Assembly (NCBI GenBank): GCA_964016885.1
Contig: OZ024741.1
Location: forward strand, 249,426,001 to 249,490,000
Direction: 5' to 3'
Source of the DNA: Eledone cirrhosa
Taxonomy: Eukaryota
DNA length: 64,000 bases
Position numbers and translations under genes: made by a program. Below the pieces are notes generated by a model. That model worked only from the letters and a program-made list of their open reading frames with translations. It had not been told where the DNA came from and did no database searches. Positions 26,101-41,500 of the stretch are shown here, in pieces. The stretch's first letter is position 1, and every line of letters begins with the position of its first letter.

Positions 26101-27290
26101 AGATATAATTTCCAGCCGTCCAAGGGGAGATAATTTCCAGCCGTCCAAGGGGAGATAATTTTTAAAAAAAAATCAGGCGGAGATAATTTGTAAACAAAAA
26201 TCAGGGGGAGATAATTTTTTAAAAAAAATCAGGGGGAGATAATTTGTAAAAAAAAATCAGGGGGAGATAATTTGTAAAAAAAATCAAGGGGAGATAATTT
26301 CCAGCCGTCCAAGGGGAGGTAATATCTAGCCATCCAAGGGGAGATAATTTCCAGCCGTCCAAGGGGAGATAATATCCAGCCGTCCAAGGAGACATATTTT
26401 CCAGCCGTCCAAGGAGAGGTAATTTCTAGCCGTCCAAGGGGAGATAAGTTCCAGCCTCCAAGGGGAGATAATTTCCAGCCAGCCAAGGGGAGATAATTTG
26501 TAAAAAAATCAGGGGGGAGATAATTTGTAAAAAAAATCAGGGGGAGATAATTTGAAAAAAAAATCAGGGGGAGATAATTTGTAAAAAATATCAAGGGGAG
26601 ATAATTTCCAGCCCTCCAAGGGGCTATAATTTCCAGCCGTGCAAGGGGAGATAATTTCCAGCCGTCCAAGGGGAGATAATTTCCATCCTTCCAAGGGGAG
26701 ATAATTTCCAGCCGTCCAAGGGGAGATAATTTCCCGCCAGCCAAGGGAAGATAATTTTTTTAAAAATCAGGCGGAGATTGTAAAAAAAATCAGGGGGAGA
26801 TAATTTGTAAAAAAATCAGGGGGAGATAATTTGTAAAAAAAAAATCAGGGGGAGATAATTTGTAAAAAAAAATCAGGGGGAGATAATTTGTAAAAAAAAT
26901 CAGGGGGAGATAATTTGTAAAAAAAATCAGGGGTAGATAATTTGTAAAAAAAATCAGGGGGAGATAATTTGTAAAAAAAATCAGGGGGAGATAATTTGTA
27001 AAAAAAATCAGGGGTAGATAATTTTCAGCCGTCCAAGGGGAGATAATTTCCATCCTTCCAAGGGGAGATAATTTCCAGCCGTCCAAGGGGAGATAATTTC
27101 CCGCCAGCCAAGGAGAGATAACATTTAAAAAAATCAGGCGGAGATAATTTGTAAAAAAATCAGGGGGAGATAATTTGTAAAAAAAATCAGGGGTAGATAA
27201 TTTCCAGCCGTCCAAGGGGAGATAATTTCCATCCTTCCAAGGGGAGATAATTTCCAGCCGTCCAAGGGGAGATAATTTCCATCCTTCCAA
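23170..27290 (+). repeat. Recurrence at 2844-bp offset (S, 8-unit Q, T, R, R')
   Basis: ORF offsets 23385/26229 and 23946/26790 equal 2844. A paralogous pair at 57-62 kb has offsets of 2815-2844. Confidence 0.8.
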
Positions 27291-27769
27291 GGGGAGATAA
27301 TTTCCAGCCGTCCAAGGGGAGATAATTTCCCGCCAGCCAAGGAGAGATAATATTTAAAAAAATCAGGCGGAGATAATTTGTAAAAAAAATCAGGGGGAGA
27401 TAATTTGTAAAAAAAAATCAGGGGGAGATAATTTGTAAAAAAAAATCAGGGGGAGATAATTTGTAAAAAAAATCAAGGGGAGATAATTTGTAAAAAAAAA
27501 TCAGGGGTAGATAATTTGTAAAAAAAAATCAGGGGGAGATAATTTGTAAAAAAAAAATCAAGGGGAGATAATTTCCAGCCGTCCAAGGGGAGATAATTTT
27601 CAGCCGTCCAAGGAGAGGTAATTTCTAGCCGTCCAAGGGGAGATAATTTCCAGCCAGCCAAGGGGAGATAATTTGTAAAAAAATCAGGGGTAGATAATTT
27701 GTAAAAAAAAATCAGGGGGAGATAATTTGTAAAAAAAATCAGGGGGAGATAATTTGTAAAAAAAAATCA

Positions 27770-30700
27770 GGGTAGATAATTTTCAGTCGTCCAAGGGGAG
27801 ATAATTTCCATCCTTCCAAGGGGAGATAATTTCCAGCCGTCCAAGGGGAGATAATTTCCCGCCAGCCAAGGAGAGATAACATTTAAAAAAATCAGGCGGA
27901 GATAATTTGTAAAAAAAATCAGGGGGAGATAATTTGTAAAAAAATCAGGGGGAGATAATTTGTAAAAAAAATCAGGGGTAGATAATTTCCAGCCGTCCAA
28001 GGGGAGATAATTTCCATCCTTCCAAGGGGAGATAATTTCCAGCCGTCCAAGGGGAGATAATTTCCCGCCAGCCAAGGAGAGATAATATTTAAAAAAATCA
28101 GGCGGAGATAATTTGTAAAAAAAATCAGGGGGAGATAATTTGTAAAAAAATCAGGGGGAGATAATTTGTAAAAAAAAATCAGGGGGAGATAATTTGTAAA
28201 AAAAATCAGGGGGAGATAATTTGTAAAAAAAAATCAGGGGTAGATAATTTGTAAAAAAAAATCAGGGGGAGATAATTTGTAAAAAAAAATCAGGGGGAGA
28301 TAATTTGTAAAAAAATCAAGGGGAGATAATTTCCAGCCGTCCAAGGGGAGATAATTTTCAGCCGTCCAAGGAGAGGTAATTTCTAGCCGTCCAAGGGGAG
28401 ATAATTTCCAGCCGTCCAAGGGGAGATAATTTTTTTAAAAAAATCAGGCGGAGATAATTTGTAAACAAAAATCAGGGGGAGATAATTTGTAAAAAAAAAT
28501 CAGGGGGAGATAATTTGTAAAAAAAAATCAGGGGGAGATAATTTGTAAAAAAAATCAAGGGGAGATAATTTCCAGCCGTCCAAGGGGAGGTAATATCTAG
28601 CCATCCAAGGGGAGATAATTTCCAGCCGTCCAAGGGGAGATAATTTCCAGACGTCCAAGGGGAGATAATATCCAGCCGTCCAAGGAGACATATTTTCCAG
28701 CCGTCCAAGGAGAGGTAATTTCTAGCCGTCCAAGGGGAGATAAGTTCCAGCCTCCAAGGGGAGATAATTTCCAGCCAGCCAAGGGGAGATAATTTGTAAA
28801 AAAATCAGGGGGAGATAATTTGTAAAAAAAAAATCAGGGGGAGATAATTTGTAAAAAAATCAGGGGGAGATAATTTGTAAAAAAAAATCAGGGGGAGATA
28901 ATTTGTAAAAAAAATCAGGTGGAGATAATTTGTAAAAAAAATCAGGGGTAGATAATTTGTAAAAAAAATCAGGGGGAGATAATTTGTAAAAAAAATCAGG
29001 GGGAGATAATTTGTAAAAAAAATCAGGGGTAGATAATTTTCAGCCGTCCAAGGGGAGATAATTTCCATCCTTCCAAGGGGAGATAATTTCCAGCCGTCCA
29101 AGGGGAGATAATTTCCCGCCAGCCAAGGAGAGATAACATTTAAAAAAATCAGGCGGAGATAATTTGTAAAAAAAATCAGGGGGAGATAATTTGTAAAAAA
29201 ATCAGGGGGAGATAATTTGTAAAAAAAATCAGGGGTAGATAATTTCCAGCCGTCCAAGGGGAGATAATTTCCATCCTTCCAAGGGGAGATAATTTCCAGC
29301 CGTCCAAGGGGAGATAATTTCCCGCCAGCCAAGGAGAGATAATATTTAAAAAAATCAGGCGGAGATAATTTGTAAAAAAAATCAGGGGGAGATAATTTGT
29401 AAAAAAATCAGGGGGAGATAATTTGTAAAAAAAAATCAGGGGGAGATAATTTGTAAAAAAAATCAGGGGGAGATAATTTGTAAAAAAAAATCAGGGGTAG
29501 ATAATTTGTAAAAAAAAATCAGGGGGAGATAATTTGTAAAAAAATCAAGGGGAGATAATTTCCAGCCGTCCAAGGGGAGATAATTTTCAGCCGTCCAAGG
29601 AGAGGTAATTTCTAGCCGTCCAAGGGGAGATAATTTCCAGCCGTCCAAGGGGAGATAATTTTTTAAAAAAATCAGGCGGAGATAATTTGTAAACAAAAAT
29701 CAGGGGGAGATAATTTGTAAAAAAAAATCAGGGGGAGATAATTTGTAAAAAAAAATCAGGGGGAGATAATTTGTAAAAAAAATCAAGGGGAGATAATTTC
29801 CAGCCGTCCAAGGGGAGGTAATATCTAGCCATCCAAGGGGAGATAATTTCCAGCCGTCCAAGGGGAGATAATTTCCAGCCGTCCAAGGGGAGATAATATC
29901 CAGCCGTCCAAGGAGACATATTTTCCAGCCGTCCAAGGAGACGTAATTTCTAGCCGTCCAAGGGGAGATAAGTTCCAGCCTCCAAGGGGAGATAATTTCC
30001 AGCCAGCCAAGGGGAGATAATTTGTAAAAAAATTAGGGGGAGATAATTTGTAAAAAAAAATTAGGGGGAGATAATTTGTAAAAAAAAATCAGGGGGAGAT
30101 AATTTGTAAAAAAAAATCAGGGGGAGATAATTTGTAAAAAAAATCAAGGGGAGATAATTTCCAGCCGTCCAAGGGGAGATAATTTTCAGCCGTCCAAGGA
30201 GAGGTAAATTCTAGCCGTCCAAGGAGATATAATTTCCAGCCGTCCAAGGGGAGATAATTTCCAGCCGTCCAAGGGGAGATAATTTTAAAAAAAAAATCAG
30301 GCGGAGATAATTTGTAAACAAAAATCAGGGGGAGATAATTTTTTAAAAAAAATCAGGGGGAGATAATTTGTAAAAAAAAATCAGGGGGAGATAATTTGTA
30401 AAAAAAATCAAGGGGAGATAATTTCCAGCCGTCCAAGGGGAGGTAATATCTAGCCATCCAAGGGGAGATAATTTCCTGCCGTCCAAGGGGAGATAATTTC
30501 CAGCCGTCCAAGGGGAGATAATATCCAGCCGTCCAAGGAGACATATTTTCCAGCCGTCCAAGGAGAGGTAATTTCTAGCCGTCCAAGGGGAGATAAGTTC
30601 CAGCCTCCAAGGGGAGATAATTTCCAGCCAGCCAAGGGGAGATAATTTGTAAAAAAATCAGGGGGGAGATAATTTGTAAAAAAAATCAGGGGGAGATAAT

Positions 30701-33700
30701 TTGAAAAAAAAATCAGGGGGAGATAATTTGTAAAAAATATCAAGGGGAGATAATTTCCAGCCGTCCAAGGGGAGATAATTTCCAGCCGTCCAAGGGGAGA
30801 TAATTTTTTTTAAAAAATCAGGCGGAGATAATTTGTAAACAAAAATCAGGGGGAGATAATTTGTAAAAAAAAATCAGGGGGAGATAATTTGTAAAAAAAA
30901 TCAAGGGGAGATAATTTCCAGCCGTCCAAGGGGAGGTAATATCTAGCCATCCAAAGGGAGATAATTTCCAGCCGTCCAAGGGGAGATAATTTCCAGCCGT
31001 CCAAGGGGAGATAATATCCAGCCGTCCAAGGAGACATATTTTCCAGCCGTCCAAGGAGAGGTAATTTCTAGCCGTCCAAGGGGAGATAAGTTCCAGCCTC
31101 CAAGGGGAGATAATTTCCAGCCAGCCAAGGGGAGATAATTTGTAAAAAAATCAGGGGGAGATAATTTGTAAAAAAAAAATCAGGGGGAGATAATTTGTAA
31201 AAAAATCAGGGGGAGATAATTTGTAAAAAAAAAATCAGGGGGAGATAATTTGTAGAAAAAATCAGGGGTTGATAATTTGTAAAAAAAATCAGGGGGAGAT
31301 AATTTGTAAAAAAAATCAGGGGGAGATAATTTGTAAAAGAAATCAGGGGTAGATAATTTTCAGTCGTCCAAGGGGAGATAATTTCCATCCTTCCAAGGGG
31401 AGATAATTTCCAGCCGTCCAAGGGGAGATAATTTCCCGCCAGCCAAGGAGAGATAACATTTAAAAAAATCAGGCGGAGATAATTTGTAAAAAAAATCAGG
31501 GGGAGATAATTTGTAAAAAAATCAGGGGGAGATAATTTGTAAAAAAAATCAGGGGTAGATAATTTCCAGCCGTCCAAGGGGAGATAATTTCCATCCTTCC
31601 AAGGGGAGATAATTTCCAGCCGTCCAAGGGGAGATAATTTCCCGCCAGCCAAGGAGAGATAATATTTAAAAAAATCAGGCGGAGATAATTTGTAAAAAAA
31701 ATCAGGGGGAGATAATTTGTAAAAAAATCAGGGGGAGATAATTTGTAAAAAAAAATCAGGGGGAGATAATTTGTAAAAAAAATCAGGGGGAGATAATTTG
31801 TAAAAAAAAATCAGGGGTAGATAATTTGTAAAAAAAAATCAGGGGGAGATAATTTGTAAAAAAAAATCAGGGGGAGATAATTTGTAAAAAAATCAAGGGG
31901 AGATAATTTCCAGCCGTCCAAGGGGAGATAATTTTCAGCCGTCCAAGGAGAGGTAATTTCTAGCCGTCCAAGGGGAGATAATTTCCAGCCGTCCAAGGGG
32001 AGATAATTTTTTTAAAAAAATCAGGCGGAGATAATTTGTAAACAAAAATCAGGGGGAGATAATTTGTAAAAAAAAATCAGGGGGAGATAATTTGTAAAAA
32101 AAAATCAGGGGGAGATAATTTGTAAAAAAAATCAAGGGGAGATAATTTCCAGCCGTCCAAGGGGAGGTAATATCTAGCCATCCAAGGGGAGATAATTTCC
32201 AGCCGTCCAAGGGGAGATAATTTCCAGACGTCCAAGGGGAGATAATATCCAGCCGTCCAAGGAGACATATTTTCCAGCCGTCCAAGGAGAGGTAATTTCT
32301 AGCCGTCCAAGGGGAGATAAGTTCCAGCCTCCAAGGGGAGATAATTTCCAGCCAGCCAAGGGGAGATAATTTGTAAAAAAATCAGGGGGAGATAATTTGT
32401 AAAAAAAAAATCAGGGGGAGATAATTTGTAAAAAAATCAGGGGGAGATAATTTGTAAAAAAAAATCAGGGGGAGATAATTTGTAAAAAAAATCAGGTGGA
32501 GATAATTTGTAAAAAAAATCAGGGGTAGATAATTTGTAAAAAAAATCAGGGGGAGATAATTTGTAAAAAAAATCAGGGGGAGATAATTTGTAAAAAAAAT
32601 CAGGGGTAGATAATTTTCAGCCGTCCAAGGGGAGATAATTTCCATCCTTCCAAGGGGAGATAATTTCCAGCCGTCCAAGGGGAGATAATTTCCCGCCAGC
32701 CAAGGAGAGATAACATTTAAAAAAATCAGGCGGAGATAATTTGTAAAAAAAATCAGGGGGAGATAATTTGTAAAAAAATCAGGGGGAGATAATTTGTAAA
32801 AAAAATCAGGGGTAGATAATTTCCAGCCGTCCAAGGGGAGATAATTTCCATCCTTCCAAGGGGAGATAATTTCCAGCCGTCCAAGGGGAGATAATTTCCC
32901 GCCAGCCAAGGAGAGATAATATTTAAAAAAATCAGGCGGAGATAATTTGTAAAAAAAATCAGGGGGAGATAATTTGTAAAAAAATCAGGGGGAGATAATT
33001 TGTAAAAAAAAATCAGGGGGAGATAATTTGTAAAAAAAATCAGGGGGAGATAATTTGTAAAAAAAAATCAGGGGTAGATAATTTGTAAAAAAAAATCAGG
33101 GGGAGATAATTTGTAAAAAAATCAAGGGGAGATAATTTCCAGCCGTCCAAGGGGAGATAATTTTCAGCCGTCCAAGGAGAGGTAATTTCTAGCCGTCCAA
33201 GGGGAGATAATTTCCAGCCGTCCAAGGGGAGATAATTTTTTAAAAAAATCAGGCGGAGATAATTTGTAAACAAAAATCAGGGGGAGATAATTTGTAAAAA
33301 AAAATCAGGGGGAGATAATTTGTAAAAAAAAATCAGGGGGAGATAATTTGTAAAAAAAATCAAGGGGAGATAATTTCCAGCCGTCCAAGGGGAGGTAATA
33401 TCTAGCCATCCAAGGGGAGATAATTTCCAGCCGTCCAAGGGGAGATAATTTCCAGCCGTCCAAGGGGAGATAATATCCAGCCGTCCAAGGAGACATATTT
33501 TCCAGCCGTCCAAGGAGACGTAATTTCTAGCCGTCCAAGGGGAGATAAGTTCCAGCCTCCAAGGGGAGATAATTTCCAGCCAGCCAAGGGGAGATAATTT
33601 GTAAAAAAATTAGGGGGAGATAATTTGTAAAAAAAAATTAGGGGGAGATAATTTGTAAAAAAAAATCAGGGGGAGATAATTTGTAAAAAAAAATCAGGGG

Positions 33701-34339
33701 GAGATAATTTGTAAAAAAAATCAAGGGGAGATAATTTCCAGCCGTCCAAGGGGAGATAATTTTCAGCCGTCCAAGGAGAGGTAAATTCTAGCCGTCCAAG
33801 GAGATATAATTTCCAGCCGTCCAAGGGGAGATAATTTCCAGCCGTCCAAGGGGAGATAATTTTAAAAAAAAAATCAGGCGGAGATAATTTGTAAACAAAA
33901 ATCAGGGGGAGATAATTTTTTAAAAAAAATCAGGGGGAGATAATTTGTAAAAAAAAATCAGGGGGAGATAATTTGTAAAAAAAATCAAGGGGAGATAATT
34001 TCCAGCCGTCCAAGGGGAGGTAATATCTAGCCATCCAAGGGGAGATAATTTCCTGCCGTCCAAGGGGAGATAATTTCCAGCCGTCCAAGGGGAGATAATA
34101 TCCAGCCGTCCAAGGAGACATATTTTCCAGCCGTCCAAGGAGAGGTAATTTCTAGCCGTCCAAGGGGAGATAAGTTCCAGCCTCCAAGGGGAGATAATTT
34201 CCAGCCAGCCAAGGGGAGATAATTTGTAAAAAAATCAGGGGGGAGATAATTTGTAAAAAAAATCAGGGGGAGATAATTTGAAAAAAAAATCAGGGGGAGA
34301 TAATTTGTAAAAAATATCAAGGGGAGATAATTTCCAGCC
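27770..34339 (+). repeat. ~3.0-kb direct duplication at 3577-bp offset (27770-30762 vs 31347-34339)
   Basis: ORF offsets 28234/31811, 28472/32049, 28805/32382 and 30343/33920 all equal 3577. Shared SNPs ccagacgtcc ~28651/32228 and atttcctgcc ~30476/34053. Confidence 0.9.
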
Positions 34340-35593
34340 CTCCAAGGGGCTATAATTTCCAGCCGTGCAAGGGGAGATAATTTCCAGCCGTCCAAGGGGA
34401 GATAATTTCCATCCTTCCAAGGGGAGATAATTTCCAGCCGTCCAAGGGGAGATAATTTCCCGCCAGCCAAGGGAAGATAATTTTTTAAAAAATCAGGCGG
34501 AGATTGTAAAAAAAATCAGGGGGAGATAATTTGTAAAAAAAATCAGGGGGAGATAATTTGTAAAAAAAATCAGGGGGAGATAATTTGTAAAAAAAATCAG
34601 GGGTAGATAATTTTCAGCCGTCCAAGGGGAGATAATTTCCATCCTTCCAAGGGGAGATAATTTCCAGCCGTCCAAGGGGAGATAATTTCCATCCTTCCAA
34701 GGGGAGATAATTTCCAGCCGTCCAAGGGGAGATAATTTCCCGCCAGCCAAGGAGAGATAATATTTAAAAAAATCAGGCGGAGATAATTTGTAAAAAAAAT
34801 CAGGGGGAGATAATTTGTAAAAAAATCAGGGGGAGATAATTTGTAAAAAAAAATCAGGGGGAGATAATTTGTAAAAAAAATCAGGGGGAGATAATTTGTA
34901 AAAAAAAATCAGGGGTAGATAATTTGTAAAAAAAAATCAGGGGGAGATAATTTGTAAAAAAAAAATCAGGGGGAGATAATTTGTAAAAAAATCAAGGGGA
35001 GATAATTTCCAGCCGTCCAAGGGGAGATAATTTTCAGCCGTCCAAGGAGAGGTAATTTCTAGCCGTCCAAGGGGAGATAATTTCCAGCCGTCCAAGGGGA
35101 GATAATTTTTTTAAAAAAATCAGGCGGAGATAATTTGTAAACAAAAATCAGGGGGAGATAATTTGTAAAAAAAAATCAGGGGGAGATAATTTGTAAAAAA
35201 AAATCAGGGGGAGATAATTTGTAAAAAAAATCAAGGGGAGATAATTTCCAGCCGTCCAAGGGGAGGTAATATCTAGCCATCCAAGGGGAGATAATTTCCA
35301 GCCGTCCAAGGGGAGATAATTTCCAGCCGTCCAAGGGGAGATAATATCCAGCCGTCCAAGGAGACATATTTTCCAGCCGTCCAAGGAGACGTAATTTCTA
35401 GCCGTCCAAGGGGAGATAAGTTCCAGACTCCAAGGGGAGATAATTTCCAGCCAGCCAAGGGGAGATAATTTGTAAAAAAATTAGGGGGAGATAATTTGTA
35501 AAAAAAAATTAGGGGGAGATAATTTGTAAAAAAAAATCAGGGGGAGATAATTTGTAAAAAAAAATCAGGGGGAGATAATTTGTAAAAAAAATC

Positions 35594-38500
35594 AAGGGGA
35601 GATAATTTCCAGCCGTCCAAGGGGAGATAATTTTCAGCCGTCCAAGGAGAGGTAAATTCTAGCCGTCCAAGGAGATATAATTTCCAGCCGTCCAAGGGGA
35701 GATAATTTCCAGCCGTCCAAGGGGAGATAATTTTTAAAAAAAAATCAGGCGGAGATAATTTCTAAACAAAAATCAGGGGGAGATAATTTTTTAAAAAAAA
35801 TCAGGGGGAGATAATTTGTAAAAAAAAATCAGGGGGAGATAATTTGTAAAAAAAATCAAGGGGAGATAATTTCCAGCCGTCCAAGGGGAGGTAATATCTA
35901 GCCATCCAAGGGGAGATAATTTCCAGCCGTCCAAGGGGAGATAATTTCCAGCCGTCCAAGGGGAGATAATATCCAGCCGTCCAAGGAGACATATTTTCCA
36001 GCCGTCCAAGGAGAGGTAATTTCTAGCCGTCCAAGGGGAGATAAGTTCCAGCCTCCAAGGGGAGATAATTTCCAGCCAGCCAAGGGGAGATAATTTGTAA
36101 AAAAATCAGGGGGGAGATAATTTGTAAAAAAAATCAGGGGGAGATAATTTGAAAAAAAAATCAGGGGGAGATAATTTGTAAAAAATATCAAGGGGAGATA
36201 ATTTCCAGCCCTCCAAGGGGCTATAATTTCCAGCCGTGCAAGGGGAGATAATTTCCAGCCGTCCAAGGGGAGATAATTTCCATCCTTCCAAGGGGAGATA
36301 ATTTCCAGCCGTCCAAGGGGAGATAATTTCCCGCCAGCCAAGGGAAGATAATTTTTTAAAAAATCAGGCGGAGATTGTAAAAAAAATCAGGGGGAGATAA
36401 TTTGTAAAAAAATCAGGGGGAGATAATTTGTAAAAAAAATCAGGGGGAGATAATTTGTAAAAAAATCAGGGGGAGATAATTTGTAAAAAAAAATCAGGGG
36501 GAGATAATTTGTAAAAAAAAATCAGGGGGAGATAATTTGTAAAAAAAAATCAGGGGTAGATAATTTGTAAAAAAAAATCAGGGTGAGATAATTTGTAAAA
36601 GAAAAATCAGGGGGAGATAATTTGTAAAAAAATCAAAGGGAGATAATTTCCAGCCGTCCAAGGGGAGATAATTTTCAGCCGTCCAAGGAGAGGTAATTTC
36701 TAGCCGTCCAAGGGGAGATAATTTCCAGCCGTCCAAGGGGAGATAATTTTTTTAAAAAAATCAGGCGGAGATAATTTGTAAACAAAAATCAGGGGGAGAT
36801 AATTTGTAAAAAAAAATCAGGGGGAGATAATTTGTAAAAAAAAATCAGGGGGAGATAATTTGTAAAAAAAATCAAGGGGAGATAATTTGTCAAAAAAAAT
36901 CAGGGGTAGATAATTTGTAAAAAAAAATCAGGGGGAGATAATTTGTAAAAAAAAAATCAGGGGGAGATAATTTGTAAAAAAATCAAGGGGAGATAATTTC
37001 CAGCCGTCCAAGGGGAGATAATTTTCAGCCGTCCAAGGAGAGGTAATTTCTAGCCGTCCAAGGCGAGATAATTTCCAGCCAGCCAAGGGGAGATAATTTG
37101 TAAAAAAATCAGGGGTAGATAATTTGTAAAAAAAAATCAGGGGGAGATAATTTGTAAAAAAAATCAGGGGGAGATAATTTGTAAAAAAAATCAGGGGTAG
37201 ATAATTTCCAGCCGTCCAAGGGGAGATAATTTCCATCCTTCCAAGGGGAGATAATTTCCAGCCGTCCAAGGGGAGATAATTTCCCGCCAGCCAAGGAGAG
37301 ATAACATTTAAAAAAATCAGGCGGAGATAATTTGTAAAAAAAATCAGGGGGAGATAATTTGTAAAAAAATCAGGGGGAGATAATTTGTAAAAAAAATCAG
37401 GGGTAGATAATTTCCAGCCGTCCAAGGGGAGATAATTTCCATCCTTCCAAGGGGAGATAATTTCCAGCCGTCCAAGGGGAGATAATTTCCCGCCAGCCAA
37501 GGAGAGATAATATTTAAAAAAATCAGGCGGAGATAATTTGTAAAAAAAATCAGGGGGAGATAATTTGTAAAAAAATCAGGGGGAGATAATTTGTAAAAAA
37601 AAATCAGGGGAGATAATTTGTAAAAAAAATCAGGGGGAGATAATTTGTAAAAAAAAATCAGGGGTAGATAATTTGTAAAAAAAAATCAGGGGGAGATAAT
37701 TTGTAAAAAAAAAATCAGGGGGAGATAATTTGTAAAAAAATCAAGGGCAGATAATTTCCAGCCGTCCAAGGGGAGATAATTTTCAGCCGTCCAAGGAGGT
37801 AATTTCTAGCCGTCCAAGGGGAGATAATTTCCAGCCGTCCAAGGGGAGATAATTTTTTTAAAAAAATCAGGCGGAGATAATTTGTAAACAAAAATCAGGG
37901 GGAGATAATTTGTAAAAAAAAATCAGGGGGAGATAATTTGTAAAAAAAAATCAGGGGGAGATAATTTGTAAAAAAAATCAAGGGGAGATAATTTCCAGCC
38001 GTCCAAGGGGAGGTAATATCTAGCCATCCAAGGGGAGATAATTTCCAGCCGTCCAAGGGGAGATAATTTCCAGCCGTCCAAGGGGAGATAATATCCAGCC
38101 GTCCAAGGAGACATATTTTCCAGCCGTCCAAGGAGAGGTAATTTCTAGCCGTCCAAGGGGAGATAAGTTCCAGCCTCCAAGGGGAGATAATTTCCAGCCA
38201 GCCAAGGGGAGATAATTTGTAAAAAAATCAGGGGGAGATAATTTGTAAAAAAAAAATCAGGGGCAGATAATTTGTAAAAAAATCAGGGGGAGATAATTTG
38301 TAAAAAAAATCAGGGGGAGATAATTTGTAGAAAAAATCAGGGGTAGATAATTTGTAAAAAAAATCAGGGGGAGATAATTTGTAAAAAAAATCAGGGGGAG
38401 ATAATTTGTAAAAAAAATCAGGGGTAGATAATTTTCAGCCGTCCAAGGGGAGATAATTTCCATCCTTCCAAGGGGAGATAATTTCCAGCCGTCCAAGGGG

Positions 38501-41500
38501 AGATAATTTCCCGCCAGCCAAGGAGAGATAACATTTAAAAAAATCAGGGGGAGATAATTTGTAAAAAAAATCAGGGGGAGATAATTTGTAAAAAAATCAG
38601 GGGGAGATAATTTGTAAAAAAAATCAGGGGTAGATAATTTCCAGCCGTCCAAGGGGAGATAATTTCCATCCTTCCAAGGGGAGATAATTTCCAGCCGTCC
38701 AAGGGGAGATAATTTCCAGCCAGCCAAGGGGAGATAATTTGTAAAAAAATCAGGGGGAGATAATTTGTAAAAAAAAAATCAGGGGGAGATAATTTGTAAA
38801 AAAATCAGGGGGAGATAATTTGTAAAAAAAAAATCAGGGGGAGATAATTTGTAAAAAAAATCAGGGGGAGATAATTTGTAAAAAAAATCAGGGGTAGATA
38901 ATTTGTAAAAAAAATCAGGGGGAGATAATTTGTAAAAAAAATCAGGGGGAGATAATTTGTAAAAAAAATCAGGGGTAGATAATTTTCAGCCCTCCAAGGG
39001 GAGATAATTTCCATCCTTCCAAGGGGAGATAATTTCCAGCCGTCCAAGGGGAGATAATTTCCCGCCAGCCAAGGAGAGATAACATTTAAAAAAATCAGGC
39101 GGAGATAATTTGTAAAAAAAATCAGGGGGAGATAATTTGTAAAAAAATTAGGGGGAGATAATTTGTAAAAAAAATCAGGGGTAGATAATTTCCAGCCGTC
39201 CAAGGGGAGATAATTTCCATCCTTCCAAGGGGAGATAATTTCCAGCCGTCCAAGGGGAGATAATTTCCCGCCAGCCAAGGAGAGATAATATTTAAAAAAA
39301 TCAGGCGGAGATAATTTGTAAAAAAAATCAGGGGGAGATAATTTGTAAAAAAATCAGGGGGAGATAATTTGTAAAAAAAAATCAGGGGGAGATAATTTGT
39401 AAAAAAAATCAGGGGGAGATAATTTGTAAAAAAAAATCAGGGGTAGATAATTTGTAAAAAAAAATCAGGGGGAGATAATTTGTAAAAAAAAATCAGGGGG
39501 AGATAATTTGTAAAAAAATCAAGGGGAGATAATTTCCAGCCGTCCAAGGGGAGATAATTTTCAGCCGTCCAAGGAGAGGTAATTTCTAGCCGTCCAAGGG
39601 GAGATAATTTTTTTTAAAAAATCAGGCGGAGATAATTTGTAAACAAAAATCAGGGGGAGATAATTTGTAAAAAAAAATCAGGGGGAGATAATTTGTAAAA
39701 AAAAATCAGGGGGAGATAATTTGTAAAAAAAATCAAGGGGAGATAATTTCCAGCCGTCCAAGGGGAGGTAATATCTAGCCATCCAAGGGGAGATAATTTC
39801 CAGCCGTCCAAGGGGAGATAATTTCCAGCCGTCCAAGGGGAGATAATATCCAGCCGTCCAAGGAGACATATTTTCCAGCCGTCCAAGGAGACGTAATTTC
39901 TAGCCGTCCAAGGGGAGATAAGTTCCAGCCTCCAAGGGGAGATAATTTCCAGCCAGCCAAGGGGAGATAATTTGTAAAAAAATTAGGGGGAAATAATTTG
40001 TAAAAAAAAATTAGGGGGAGATAATTTGTAAAAAAAAATCAGGGGGAGATAATTTGTAAAAAAAAATCAGGGGGAGATAATTTGTAAAAAAAAATCAGGG
40101 GGAGATAATTTGTAAAAAAAAAATCAGGCGGAGATAATTTGTAAAAAAATCAAGGGGAGATAATTTCCAGCCGTCCAAGGGGAGATAATTTTCAGCCGTC
40201 CAAGGAGAGGTAATTTCTAGCCGTCCAAGGGGAGATAATTTCCAGCCGTCCAAGGGGAGATAATTTTTTTAAAAAAATCAGGCGGAGATAATTTGTAAAC
40301 AAAAATCAGGGGGAGATAATTTGTAAAAAAAAATCAGGGGGAGATAATTTGTAAAAAAAATCAGGGGGAGATAATTTGTAAAAAAAATCAAGGGGAGATA
40401 ATTTGTAAAAAAAAATCAGGGGTAGATAATTTGTAAAAAAAAATCAGGGGGAGATAATTTGTAAAAAAAAAATCAGGGGGAGATAATTTGTAAAAAAATC
40501 AAGGGGAGATAATTTCCAGCCGTCCAAGGGGAGATAATTTTAAGCCGTCCAAGGAGAGGTAATTTCTAGCCGTCCAAGGGGAGATAATTTCCAGCCAGCC
40601 AAGGGGAGATAATTTGTAAAAAAATCAGGGGTAGATAATTTGTAAAAAAAAATCAGGGGGAGATAATTTGTAAAAAAAATCAGGGGGAGATAATTTGTAA
40701 AAAAAATCAGGGGTAGATAATTTCCAGCCGTCCAAGGGGAGATAATTTCCATCCTTCCAAGGGGAGATAATTTCCAGCCGTCCAAGGGGAGATAATTTCC
40801 CGCCAGCCAAGGAGAGATAACATTTAAAAAAATCAGGCGGAGATAATTTGTAAAAAAAATCAGGGGGAGATAATTTGTAAAAAAATCAGGGGGAGATAAT
40901 TTGTAAAAAAAATCAGGGGTAGATAATTTCCAGCCGTCCAAGGGGAGATAATTTCCATCCTTCCAAGGGGAGATAATTTCCAGCCGTCCAAGGGGAGATA
41001 ATTTCCCGCCAGCCAAGGAGAGATAATATTTAAAAAAATCAGGCGGAGATAATTTGTAAAAAAAATCAGGGGGAGATAATTTGTAAAAAAATCAGGGGGA
41101 GATAATTTGTAAAAAAAAATCAGGGGAGATAATTTGTAAAAAAAATCAGGGGGTGATAATTTGTAAAAAAAATCAGGGGTAGATAATTTGTAAAAAAAAA
41201 TCAGGGGGAGATAATTTGTAAAAAAATCAAGGGGAGATAATTTCCAACCGTCCAAGGGGAGATAATTTTCAGCCGTCCAAGGAGGTAATTTCTAGCCGTC
41301 CAAGGGGAGATAATTTCCAGCCGTCCAAGGGGAGATAATTTTTTTAAAAAAATCAGGCGGAGATAATTTGTAAACAAAAATCAGGGGGAGATAATTTGTA
41401 AAAAAAAATCAGGGGGAGATAATTTGTAAAAAAAATCAAGGGGAGATAATTTCCAGCCGTCCAAGGGGAGGTAATATCTAGCCATCCAAAGGGAGATAAT